This document shows, piece after piece, positions 9,622-18,659 of a stretch of 64,000 nt of DNA. The stretch is taken from assembly GCA_041660165.1 (NCBI GenBank), contig JBAZWW010000005.1, positions 16,191 to 80,190 on the forward strand, read 5' to 3'. Numbering within the stretch: the stretch's first letter is position 1; every line of letters begins with the position of its first letter. The notes under the pieces were generated by a model. The model saw only the letters and a list, made by a program, of their open reading frames with translations. It was not told the origin of the DNA and did not search any database. Source of the stretch: Patescibacteria group bacterium (GTDB lineage: Bacteria > Patescibacteriota > Patescibacteriia > UBA9934). A program made the translations under genes and the position numbers.

Positions 9622-10302
9622 ATGATCGAAGTAAAGAACGTTAGTAAAACATACATCACCGGAGCTGGATCGTTTGATGCTCTCAAAGGGGTGAGCTTCA
9701 CAATTAAGGACGGCGAGTTTGTGGCCATCATGGGACCTTCGGGTTCTGGTAAAAGTACGCTCATGCATATACTAGGTGCGCTTGATACCCCGACGAGCGG
9801 AACGTACGTTCTCGATGGTAAAGATGTGTCAACGCTTTCGGAGGATGAGCTAGCAGACATTCGCCGCGAACACATCGGGTTCGTCTTTCAAGCATTCAAT
9901 CTCCTACCGCGTGCAAGCGCCATGCGCAACGTTACCCTTCCCCTTGTCTACAAACAGATTCCCAAAGAAAAGCGCGAAAAAATTGCTAAAGCAGCGTTGA
10001 AATCCGCGGGGCTCGACGAGCAATACTTCCACCATCTCTCCAACCAGCTTTCTGGCGGTCAGATTCAGCGCGTCGCCATCGCACGTGCGCTAGTAAATCA
10101 GCCATCGCTTATTCTCGCTGACGAACCGACAGGAAACCTGGACACCCGCACGGGACAAATTGTTCTCGAGACGTTCCAGAAACTCAACCGAGAGGAGAAG
10201 CGTACGATCATTCTCATTACGCACGAGCCCGATGTCGCGGAACACGCCGACCGCATTATCTTCATTCGTGACGGAAAGATCGAAAGCGACAAACCCGTAT
10301 GA
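9622..10302 (+). CDS. ABC transporter ATP-binding protein (MacB/LolD-type)
   Basis: Walker A GPSGSGKST, signature LSGGQIQRVAIARAL, Walker B ILADEPTGNLD. Confidence 0.85.
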   Translation: MIEVKNVSKTYITGAGSFDALKGVSFTIKDGEFVAIMGPSGSGKSTLMHILGALDTPTSGTYVLDGKDVSTLSEDELADIRREHIGFVFQAFNLLPRASAMRNVTLPLVYKQIPKEKREKIAKAALKSAGLDEQYFHHLSNQLSGGQIQRVAIARALVNQPSLILADEPTGNLDTRTGQIVLETFQKLNREEKRTIILITHEPDVAEHADRIIFIRDGKIESDKPV

Positions 10303-11516
10303 TTATCTCTGACTTACTCGAAGAAACTTTTCTTGCGCTTTCCAGTAATAAAGTACGATCAGGGTTAACAACCCTCGGGATCATTATTGGCATTAGTTCG
10401 GTAATCGCCATGGTGTCCATCGGACAAGGATCACAAGCATCCATCCAGTCAAGCATTCAATCCATCGGCGCGAACCTCATCCAAGTTCAACCGGGAGCTC
10501 AACGTTCATTCGGCGGTGTTGCTACCCAGCGGGGTTCGGCCAAGTCTTTGACTGCGGAAGATGCTCAAGCGATCGCGGATGAGATCTCCGTAGCTCAAGC
10601 TGTTGCTCCCGAGGTAAGCTCGCGATATCAGGCGGCGGCAAAAGGAACAAATACGAATACGTCCATTGTTGGTACGACGCCCAGCTACACGGAGGTGCGA
10701 AACGTACAGGTAGCTGAAGGAAATTTCATTACCGATCAGCAACAGGCAAGTGTAGCGAAGGTAGCGGTGCTGGGGCCCACAGTCAGTACGGATCTCTTTG
10801 GAGAAGGCGTGAGTCCCATTGGCCAAACGATTCGTATCAATGGGAGCCAATTCACCGTTGTCGGGCTTACTGTCGCGAAAGGTGGCAGCTCGTTCTCAAG
10901 CCAAGATGACATGATCTTTATCCCGCTCTCCACGGCACAGCGATACTTCTCCGGCGATAAGTACGTGACAAGTATCTCCGTACAAGCAACGAGTGAAAAA
11001 ACGGTTGACACATTGGAAACGGAAATCACGAATCTCTTGCTGAGCAGACACCACCTTGACGCAGCGTCAGCAGACTTCAACATCCTTAACCAGGCCGACA
11101 TCATCGCTACCGCCTCAAGTGTCACGGATACGTTTACGACTCTCCTTGCGGCCGTGGCGGGTATTTCACTTGTCGTGGGAGGTATCGGCATCATGAATAT
11201 GATGCTCACTAGTGTGACGGAACGGACCAAGGAGATCGGGTTACGCAAGGCGATCGGAGCCAAACGCAAAGAAATTGAGCAACAGTTTCTTGCGGAGTCG
11301 GTCATGTTGACACTTGCGGGCGGAATTATCGGGATCGCACTCGGTCTCGGTATTTCCTTTGCCGTCTCCGCGCTCGGCATTGTCAGCACAAGCGTTTCAT
11401 GGTCCTCCGTTCTGCTTGCGTTCGGCGTCTCGGCTGTCATCGGTATCATCTTCGGATACTACCCCGCACGCCGTGCCGCAGGACTAAACCCGATCGTTGC
11501 ATTACGTTACGAATAA
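10299..11516 (+). CDS. ABC transporter permease, FtsX/MacB family
   Basis: N-terminal TM, large periplasmic domain, C-terminal 3-TM FtsX domain; ATGA overlap with ATPase gene. Confidence 0.8.
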   Translation: MIISDLLEETFLALSSNKVRSGLTTLGIIIGISSVIAMVSIGQGSQASIQSSIQSIGANLIQVQPGAQRSFGGVATQRGSAKSLTAEDAQAIADEISVAQAVAPEVSSRYQAAAKGTNTNTSIVGTTPSYTEVRNVQVAEGNFITDQQQASVAKVAVLGPTVSTDLFGEGVSPIGQTIRINGSQFTVVGLTVAKGGSSFSSQDDMIFIPLSTAQRYFSGDKYVTSISVQATSEKTVDTLETEITNLLLSRHHLDAASADFNILNQADIIATASSVTDTFTTLLAAVAGISLVVGGIGIMNMMLTSVTERTKEIGLRKAIGAKRKEIEQQFLAESVMLTLAGGIIGIALGLGISFAVSALGIVSTSVSWSSVLLAFGVSAVIGIIFGYYPARRAAGLNPIVALRYE

Positions 11517-11535
11517 TTCCTTATCCTTTGTTCCT

Positions 11536-12003
11536 ATGAAAAATATTCTGATCAGTGTTATCGCTACGGCTGTGATTGTGGGCGGAGGTGCGTTCTTTGG
11601 CGGTATGCAGTACGCCAAATCACAAACCCCAGCTATGGGTGACTTTGCCTCGCGTTTCGGTGACTTTGACCCAACTCAGCGCTCCGGGATGACCGGAGGG
11701 CCAGGGGGCTTCACACGCGGTCAAGCCGGTAGCGGTGGACTCGTCAGTGGCGAGATCCTTTCTATGGATACTGAAAGCATGACTATAAAACTTCCCGACG
11801 GCGGCTCTAAGCTGGTCTTCTTCTCGGATGCTTCACAGATCAATAAAATGACGGAAGGCTCCTCGGCAGACCTAGCGACGGGAACGACAATCACGGTTAC
11901 TGGAACGAGCAACGATGACGGAAGTGTTACCGCGGGCACGATCCAGATTCTTCCAGAAGGATCTTCGTTCAACATCCCTCCCGCAACTCCGTCAGCGGAA
12001 TAG
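11536..12003 (+). CDS. hypothetical small exported protein (Gly/Thr-rich)
   Basis: N-terminal TM/signal then low-complexity G/T-rich domain; last gene of pump operon. Confidence 0.45.
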   Translation: MKNILISVIATAVIVGGGAFFGGMQYAKSQTPAMGDFASRFGDFDPTQRSGMTGGPGGFTRGQAGSGGLVSGEILSMDTESMTIKLPDGGSKLVFFSDASQINKMTEGSSADLATGTTITVTGTSNDDGSVTAGTIQILPEGSSFNIPPATPSAE

Positions 12004-12057
12004 CTCTATATAAACCATAAATGAGTTCTGACCTTGCGTACCAGCCCCGCCACAAAT

Positions 12058-12090
12058 CCATCAGCTGTTAAGCTGGTGTTTTTGTTTGGA
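12058..12090 (+). terminator. rho-independent terminator (near-copy of the tRNA-Trp terminator)
   Basis: CAGCTGTTAAGCTG + TTTTTGTTTGG; 40/46 identity to 2794-2832 including CCACAAA flank. Confidence 0.5.
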
Positions 12091-12141
12091 AATTAGTGCC
12101 TTGCCATCTATTACTATGCTAAAATGTTCTGAAAGATATAT

Positions 12142-12774
12142 ATGCCATTTATAGATAGGGAGAATGCTGGGCAACTATTGGCAGTAAGTTTGGAAGAATA
12201 CAAAGATAAATCAGTGGTGGTGTACGCGCTTCCCCGGGGAGGTGTAGCCCTTGGGCAGATTGTGGCCGAGCATCTGCACGCGCCGCTTGATCTCCTCATC
12301 CCGCGAAAGATTGGTCATCCAGATAATCCAGAATATGCGATTGCATCTGTTTCAGAAAAGGGTAATGTCATTAAAAATGAATTTGAAGTTTCACAGATAG
12401 ATCCGGTCTGGTTTGAAAGTGAAGTCACGCGTCAACGCGGAGAAGCGGCCAGACGACGAAAGCGATATCTAGCGGATCGAAAATCCTCCGATGTTAAAGG
12501 CAAGATCGCGATCATCATTGATGACGGCATCGCGACGGGTTTAACTATGAAAGCGGCTATTGATGAAGCACGAGCAAAAGAGCCGGCGACAATTGTTCTC
12601 GCGGTGCCAGTGGCCCCTAGGGACACTATCCGCGAGCTCGAACAGTTAGTAGACCGGGTGATTGTCTTAAAGCGCCCTCTGCAGTTTCAGGGGTCGATTG
12701 GTTTTTACTACAATACTTTCAATCAAGTAACTGACGAAGAGGTGGCAAACATGATGAATAATCTCCCCCTATGA
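12142..12774 (+). CDS. predicted phosphoribosyltransferase (type I PRTase fold, COG1926-like)
   Basis: PRPP-binding loop IAIIIDDGIATGLT. Confidence 0.7.
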   Translation: MPFIDRENAGQLLAVSLEEYKDKSVVVYALPRGGVALGQIVAEHLHAPLDLLIPRKIGHPDNPEYAIASVSEKGNVIKNEFEVSQIDPVWFESEVTRQRGEAARRRKRYLADRKSSDVKGKIAIIIDDGIATGLTMKAAIDEARAKEPATIVLAVPVAPRDTIRELEQLVDRVIVLKRPLQFQGSIGFYYNTFNQVTDEEVANMMNNLPL

Positions 12775-13664
12775 AATTCTTTACAACTGATCAAAGCCAC
12801 CCGCTCTCCCAAGCTCTAGAGAGCCTAATATTTCTCGAGCGTGGAACTCAAGAGTTTGCCCGCTACAAAAATCAGGAAATGTACGCTTCATCATGCTCGC
12901 CCGTTGCAGGTGAAGACGCTGTGCTCTTTGGTTCATTCTCCCCGCCGGATGTAAGCCTTTTCCAGACTCTCCTAGCGGCCCACACTCTCAAAAAAGAAGG
13001 GGCAAAGCGCGTCATCGCTGTACTTCCGTTCGCCGCCTACATGAGACATGATAAAATAAAACCTGGTCTGAGTTTGACCACGGCTTGGGTTGGGGCTATG
13101 GCCAAAGCCTCTGGCATCGATGTGCTCCTGACCATTGATATCCATAGCCAACATGACCAAGCGCTTGTTCCGGTCGAAATAATCTCCCTCTCTACCGCCG
13201 CTCTTTTTGCCGATGAAATTACGAAACGTGGCTGGACAGATGCCACGCTCGTCGCGCCGGATAACGGTGCAGTCCACAGATGCGAGGCAGTTGCCCAAGC
13301 CCTTAAACCTACTCGTCCCGTGGCGTACTTTAAAAAAGAGCGGACCCCAGATGGCGTCATTCTGCACGATCTAGTTGGCGAAGTCACCAAGCGCTGTATT
13401 CTCATTGATGACCAGCTTGATACTGGCGCAACTCTACTTCAGGCTGCTCAGCGACTCCACGAACATGGCACAGAGGAAATCCTAGTTATAGTGACGCACG
13501 GCATTTTTACCGGCGACGCCTGGAAGAAGCTTAAAAACGTTGGCGTAAAAGAAATGATCGTTTCCGACTCGCTCGCGCCAAGAACAAACGAGCCATGGGT
13601 TTCCTACGTCTCAGTCGCGCCACTCCTTGAGCGGGCACTCAAGCAATATGCCAAAGTCAACTGA
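12771..13664 (+). CDS. ribose-phosphate pyrophosphokinase-like protein
   Basis: two PRTase-type halves, PRPP-synthetase-like loop ILIDDQLDTGATL; overlaps previous gene by 4 nt. Confidence 0.65.
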   Translation: MKFFTTDQSHPLSQALESLIFLERGTQEFARYKNQEMYASSCSPVAGEDAVLFGSFSPPDVSLFQTLLAAHTLKKEGAKRVIAVLPFAAYMRHDKIKPGLSLTTAWVGAMAKASGIDVLLTIDIHSQHDQALVPVEIISLSTAALFADEITKRGWTDATLVAPDNGAVHRCEAVAQALKPTRPVAYFKKERTPDGVILHDLVGEVTKRCILIDDQLDTGATLLQAAQRLHEHGTEEILVIVTHGIFTGDAWKKLKNVGVKEMIVSDSLAPRTNEPWVSYVSVAPLLERALKQYAKVN

Positions 13665-14295
13665 ACAAAATATCATCATTCCAGTTGACGGAAAAAAACT
13701 GGAAGGCATTCTTCGTCTGCCGTCAAATACCTCGCTTTTCGTAGTATTCGTGCACGGGAGCGGTAGTAGTAGGCTAAGTCCGCGTAACGCATTCGTGGCT
13801 GAGAGCCTATATCAAGCCGGGATCGGCACCCTCCTTTTTGATCTCCTGACTGAAACCGAGGACGAAACCTACGCCGCCAGATTCGACATCGATCTTCTTG
13901 TTAACCGACTGTTGAGCGCTCTCGCCTGGCTGCGCACACAGGAAAATACCAAACAATTAAGCTTTGGATTATTTGGTGCGAGCACCGGAGCGGCGGCCGC
14001 CCTTATCGTAGCCGCCGGCAGGCCAAATGAAATTGCGGCCGTAGTTTCTCGCGGTGGGCGCACGGACCTATCCGGTGATAGCCTCTCGCGTGTCGTCGTG
14101 CCAACCCTCTTCATTGTCGGCGGGGCGGATGACGAGGTACTGGCCCTCAACCGCGATTCATACAGTCAACTGGCTGGACCAAAAGATTTGGCAGTTATTC
14201 CCGGTGCCACTCATCTCTTCGAGGAAGCAGGTGCCCTTGAAAAAGTAGCTGAGCTTACCGTGAAGTGGTTCGTTAAACACACACCCACTCACTAA
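13627..14295 (+). CDS. dienelactone hydrolase-like alpha/beta hydrolase
   Basis: VVFVHGSGSS, nucleophile elbow GASTG, C-terminal His region. Confidence 0.65.
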   Translation: MSGHSSNMPKSTEQNIIIPVDGKKLEGILRLPSNTSLFVVFVHGSGSSRLSPRNAFVAESLYQAGIGTLLFDLLTETEDETYAARFDIDLLVNRLLSALAWLRTQENTKQLSFGLFGASTGAAAALIVAAGRPNEIAAVVSRGGRTDLSGDSLSRVVVPTLFIVGGADDEVLALNRDSYSQLAGPKDLAVIPGATHLFEEAGALEKVAELTVKWFVKHTPTH

Positions 14296-14345
14296 AAATA
14301 GTCTACCAGGCATATACTCTACAAAAGAATTTTAATACCCGTTCT

Positions 14346-14717
14346 ATGAATCTAATTTCCTGGGAATCGTTACTACCGATCAAGGACATCTTCGGCGAAG
14401 ATCTTCCCGAGCTCAATATGACTGGTATTGACCTGGCTACGGACGTCTACCAAACCGCGGAAGGCGTAACTGTAGAAATGCAGCTCCCCGGCATCAAGCT
14501 AGACGCTTATGACGTGAAGGTGAGGGACGGTATGCTCGTCGTTTCCGGTAAACGTGACAAAACAACCGAAGTCGAAGACAAAAATTACTATCATAAAGAA
14601 ATTCAACGCGGCTCATTTGAACGCCGAGTTAAATTGCCAGATGTAGCCTTAAAAACTGACGCCCTAAGACCAGATATTGCAGACGGAACCTTGAAACTAT
14701 TCATTCCAAAAGCTTAA
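14346..14717 (+). CDS. Hsp20/alpha-crystallin family small heat-shock protein
   Basis: alpha-crystallin domain pattern (VEMQLPGIKLDAYDVKV, GTLKLFIPKA). Confidence 0.85.
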   Translation: MNLISWESLLPIKDIFGEDLPELNMTGIDLATDVYQTAEGVTVEMQLPGIKLDAYDVKVRDGMLVVSGKRDKTTEVEDKNYYHKEIQRGSFERRVKLPDVALKTDALRPDIADGTLKLFIPKA

Positions 14718-14721
14718 ATAT

Positions 14722-15075
14722 ATGGATTTGTCTGCTCAGGATCTGGTGGCCGAAGCTAAGCGCGAAGTGCCTGCAATCTCCTGTACTGACTATCTCGCGT
14801 TACGAGCCAAAGGAGAGCCGCACACGCTCATTGATGTCCGCGAACAAGATGAGTGGGGGGCCGGCCATATAGAAGGCGCGATCCACATTCCAAGAGGTCT
14901 CCTGGAATTCAAAATTCCCGAATCGATCCCGGATAAACAAACCCCGATCATTGTTCAGTGCGCAACCGGTGGCCGGTCGGCTCTCTGTGGCCAAACCCTT
15001 CTTAAGATGGGTTACACAAACATCAGAAATCTTGAAGGCGGCTACACAGAATATCGCACAGTCAGCCAACGATGA
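14722..15075 (+). CDS. rhodanese-domain sulfurtransferase
   Basis: IDVREQDEW..GHIEGAIHIP and active-site CATGGRS. Confidence 0.85.
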   Translation: MDLSAQDLVAEAKREVPAISCTDYLALRAKGEPHTLIDVREQDEWGAGHIEGAIHIPRGLLEFKIPESIPDKQTPIIVQCATGGRSALCGQTLLKMGYTNIRNLEGGYTEYRTVSQR

Positions 15076-15437
15076 TCATTAACAAACTCATCAGCGGAAA
15101 TGACGTTCAGAAGCCAGCCCTGAATAACACCGGGACGCATTATGCCTTTCGTGTAAATAGTCATGACCCGAATCATTGGACAGGACCAGATTCATTCGCG
15201 ATTATCTCAGACCTCGGCAACGGAGCTTACTATGACTACATCGACTCACTCATTTGGGTAGATGACGACACATTCGTCTATCGCGCGCAAACCAATGGCG
15301 AGTGGCGGGTTGTCATCAATCATGTGGGGCAAGAAGCCTTTAAGTATGTAGACTTCCTGACAGTTAGCAAGGGAGTGATTACATACTCCGCTGAACACGA
15401 AGACGGGACGTGGACAGACGAGGCGTTAAGGTTCTAA
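15072..15437 (+). CDS. hypothetical protein
   Basis: ORF only. Confidence 0.4.
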   Translation: MIINKLISGNDVQKPALNNTGTHYAFRVNSHDPNHWTGPDSFAIISDLGNGAYYDYIDSLIWVDDDTFVYRAQTNGEWRVVINHVGQEAFKYVDFLTVSKGVITYSAEHEDGTWTDEALRF

Positions 15438-15562
15438 TGAAAGCAATATGAACACGGCATCGCCAAAACCGAAGAATTTGAAGCAAAAAATCCTGGCGGG
15501 CTGATCTGTACCCTAAAGAGTGGACCACGTCTGCAGAAGACGGGCCGGGAGCTTTTACGGCG

Positions 15563-15946
15563 GTGGACTCGACCATTGATGTGCATTACCTCGCTACAGA
15601 ATCATTACCGCCCAAGGATTGGGCCGATCTCTATTCCGGCGGTCCAGATAAGCTGATCAAAAACAGCCACCAGAGGCTCTGCGAACAAACAGGACAGTGT
15701 GCCAAACTTGTCGCCACATCAACGGGGACGATAGGCGGGACAAAAGTTTCCTTGTTTCACTACCAGCTGGATGCCGGGCAATTTGACCATCCAGGCGTGG
15801 TTTTGAATGAATATGTTATGGGGACAATTGGCGGGACAACGTATTATCAGTTGAGCCTGATAATTTCCTCAGAAACTTCAAATAAAATCACAGCCGAACG
15901 GGTCACGAAGTTCATGCAGATGGCCAGGACGTTCAACGTTGAGTAG
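15563..15946 (+). CDS. hypothetical protein
   Basis: ORF only. Confidence 0.4.
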   Translation: MDSTIDVHYLATESLPPKDWADLYSGGPDKLIKNSHQRLCEQTGQCAKLVATSTGTIGGTKVSLFHYQLDAGQFDHPGVVLNEYVMGTIGGTTYYQLSLIISSETSNKITAERVTKFMQMARTFNVE

Positions 15947-15970
15947 AAGTTCGGCCGGAGCTTTGACCGG

Positions 15971-16231
15971 GTGTTACACGGGTGTTACACTCCCAAGCTT
16001 GGTTCTGTCACGAAGAAGCGGATTAGGGGTGCGATTGAGAGTAGGCTCATGACCAGACCGGAGATTTTTGGGCTACCGCTCCGTCATTCCAAGAAAGGCG
16101 ATAGAAAACTACGTGTTGGGGATTATCGTGTCATCTTTCGTATCGGGCGGAGCCAAGTGAAGGTGTATCTTATTGAACATCGCTCCGTTGTGTACAAGAT
16201 GCTCATGCAACGAGTACGGAAAGAATTTTAG
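15971..16231 (+). CDS. RelE/ParE-family toxin-like protein (possibly N-terminally degraded, no antitoxin seen)
   Basis: C-terminal region GDYRVIFRIGRSQVKVYLIEHRSVVYK aligns with RelE core; N-terminal 20 aa look non-native. Confidence 0.5.
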   Translation: MLHGCYTPKLGSVTKKRIRGAIESRLMTRPEIFGLPLRHSKKGDRKLRVGDYRVIFRIGRSQVKVYLIEHRSVVYKMLMQRVRKEF

Positions 16232-16358
16232 CTTCACTAATTTATGTTCCTTGCCCACATTCCGGCTGGCGCGGTTTGTTGGCGGTGTTTGCGGTGATGG
16301 CGTTTCTGTTGGGCGGAGACAGGCAGAAAAAACCGTGCGCGTGCTACACTATGGGCAT

Positions 16359-16625
16359 ATGAAAAATGTGATCAGTGCGCATCGCGTTGGTCTGGCCTTT
16401 GGCGGAGTGCTTGGGTTGTGGCATTTGGCGTGGTCCGTCATGGTGGCGCTTGGCATTGCCCAGCCATTCATGGATTGGATCCTTCAGCTTCACATGATTG
16501 AATTGTCATACAGGGTTTTGCCGTTTGCTCCGCTCATGGCGCTTGGGCTCATTATTGTCACATCAGCCTTTGGCTACATCATTGGCTACGTCCTTGGTAC
16601 TCTTTGGAACGCCGTGCAAAAGTAA
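16359..16625 (+). CDS. small membrane protein (3 TM)
   Basis: hydrophobic 88-aa ORF; longer ORF from 16173 overlaps RelE-like gene. Confidence 0.4.
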   Translation: MKNVISAHRVGLAFGGVLGLWHLAWSVMVALGIAQPFMDWILQLHMIELSYRVLPFAPLMALGLIIVTSAFGYIIGYVLGTLWNAVQK

Positions 16626-16645
16626 TTTTGGTTCAGCGTTATTTT

Positions 16646-17266
16646 ATGATGACTGCCTGGACTCCGGCCGAGCGCAAAATATTGAAGACGCTGTCTACGC
16701 CAGCCAAGATCCAGGATTTTGTGAACTCGCTTGAATATCGAGTATCGGGTGATAACGAGACGTGTCTGTCTCCCCGCCGAGTGCTTGAGGAAAGAAACGC
16801 GCAGTGCATAGAGGGCGCCATGTTCGCTGCGTCGGCTTTACGAGTGAATGGTTTCCCACCGCTCATTGTCGATCTGGAATCCTCGGTGAATGATTACGAC
16901 CACGTGATTACGGTCTATCAAATTCACGGGCACTGGGGGGCGATTTCAAAAACGAATCATGGGGTGTTGCGATACCGCGAGCCGGTCTATCGAACGATTC
17001 GAGAACTCGTGATGAGTTACTTTCACGAGTATTTCTTGCAGTCCACGCGCGCCAAAACATTACGAGCCTTTTCAAAGCCGGTGGATCTTTCCCGGTTTGA
17101 CAAACAAGAGTGGGAAACGAGCGCAGAGCCTCTTTGGTACATCCCGGAATATCTGCTGACTATTCCGCACTCGCCTATCTTAACGAAAAGCCAAATCGCC
17201 CGCCTTAGAAAAGCCGATCCCGTAGAAGTTGCCATGGGCGAAATTGTCGAGTGGCCGGAAAGATGA
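16646..17266 (+). CDS. hypothetical protein (possible Cys/His hydrolase fold)
   Basis: conserved-looking C..C..H pattern (AQCIEGAMFAASAL, DHVITVYQIHGHWG); assignment tentative. Confidence 0.4.
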   Translation: MMTAWTPAERKILKTLSTPAKIQDFVNSLEYRVSGDNETCLSPRRVLEERNAQCIEGAMFAASALRVNGFPPLIVDLESSVNDYDHVITVYQIHGHWGAISKTNHGVLRYREPVYRTIRELVMSYFHEYFLQSTRAKTLRAFSKPVDLSRFDKQEWETSAEPLWYIPEYLLTIPHSPILTKSQIARLRKADPVEVAMGEIVEWPER

Positions 17267-17282
17267 TACACATCTTGAATCT

Positions 17283-17996
17283 ATGCACATCTTCCTCATC
17301 TGCGGGTATGGGATTCCACGGGACATTTTTACTGATGAAAATTATCGGACGTATTTGAGCGTGGTGTTTAATAAGATGTATGCGATCTCGGCGGGGAAAG
17401 AGATGGAGATTATTCCTTGTGGAGGGCCAACGGCTATGGAACCGCCGTATGAAGGAACTGAGGCGGGGATAATAGCCAAGTATTTGCGCAAGCAGATTGA
17501 GAATCAGAAACTCGAACAGGCTACGAGTGCTTGGAAGACGATCCTTGAAGACCAGTCGCTTTCCACGCTCGAAAATTTGGTGTTTGCAAAGCGGATACTT
17601 GACGAACAAAAACTTGCCGGGACGATAACGATTTTTTGTGAGGAGACCAGGCGCGAGCGAATCGTGAAAACTGCGCAGATGATTTTCGGATCCGAGTGCA
17701 CGGTTGAGGCGATTGATTTTGATGCCTCGAAAAACCGATATCTTGATCCAAACGTCATCCAGCAAAAGGAGCACGCCGCGCTTCGGGAATCACTTTGGAC
17801 GCTCGAAGATAAAACAAGATTGGAAAAGCATCACGAGTTTCAAAAACAGAAGATTGAGTACTTTAGAGAACGCCAAGCACAAGGGATCCCGCACGTTGAT
17901 GTTGTGGGAGAGTGGTATAAGAAAATGCCGGAGATCGTGAAACAGCTGATGCCGGATCACCCGTTACTCGCAGAGCTGAACAAAAAGAATGTATAG
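17283..17996 (+). CDS. hypothetical protein (DUF218/YdcF-like features)
   Basis: IFLICGYG ... IIPCGGPT pattern; tentative. Confidence 0.4.
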   Translation: MHIFLICGYGIPRDIFTDENYRTYLSVVFNKMYAISAGKEMEIIPCGGPTAMEPPYEGTEAGIIAKYLRKQIENQKLEQATSAWKTILEDQSLSTLENLVFAKRILDEQKLAGTITIFCEETRRERIVKTAQMIFGSECTVEAIDFDASKNRYLDPNVIQQKEHAALRESLWTLEDKTRLEKHHEFQKQKIEYFRERQAQGIPHVDVVGEWYKKMPEIVKQLMPDHPLLAELNKKNV

Positions 17997-18385
17997 TGAA
18001 GCCGAACCCGACAAAAAATATGAAAAAAATCGCGCTTATCATTCTTGCCATCATTGGCGGAGTTTTCGTCCTCCTCTTCGTTGCTGTGGCTGTTTACATT
18101 GCTGTTGCCAAGCCGTTTGGCGTGAAATTGACGAGTATTCCTGGTGCGGTTATTCAGGCGGGAACGGGGAAAGTGAAAAGCACGTATGACCATCCACTGT
18201 TGACTACGGAGCAGGAAAGCGCGCTTGAATCGCTTGGCGTGGATACTCGAACACTTCCCACGAGTGTGACGCCAGCGTTGATTGATTGCTTTACTACAAA
18301 GCTTGGCCAAGCCCGCGCTAAGGAGATTCAGGGAGGGTCAACCATCACTCCGGCGGACTACTTTAAGGCGCAGAGCTGTTTATAG
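17996..18385 (+). CDS. hypothetical membrane-anchored protein
   Basis: N-terminal TM (IALIILAIIGGVFVLLFVAVAVYIAV). Confidence 0.4.
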   Translation: MKPNPTKNMKKIALIILAIIGGVFVLLFVAVAVYIAVAKPFGVKLTSIPGAVIQAGTGKVKSTYDHPLLTTEQESALESLGVDTRTLPTSVTPALIDCFTTKLGQARAKEIQGGSTITPADYFKAQSCL

Positions 18386-18659
18386 ACATGTTGCCCCTGG
18401 CTATTCTGAAGGAATGCTGTTATGGTGCGATCCTATCAAATGGACGCCACCTTAAAGGCTCCGGTACGCACAACACTATGACGGACGACACAACGGTGAC
18501 GACTGATGACACGGCAGTAACGGCTCCGGCTACGGAAGAGACAACTGAGGAAACAGTTGCTCCGGTAGCTACAGAAGAGGTGGCAGCGTAAGCTCCCGGT
18601 TCTACAAGAAATCCTGCTCGGCAGAGCGGGATTTTTTGTTTGGGAGTAAACTAGGGTCT

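Noticed and set aside
12020-12057. Possible tRNA fragment or tRNA-derived att site (CCAGCCCCGCCACAAA resembles a tRNA 3' end plus the tRNA-Trp terminator)
   Set aside because: No T-arm or acceptor pairing can be folded; the similarity is confined to the terminator module, and the intervening 9 kb contains essential hisS.
18388-18591. 67-aa Thr/Glu-rich ORF as a real gene
   Set aside because: Pure low-complexity composition; could be a linker-like peptide, but nothing supports it beyond an open frame.
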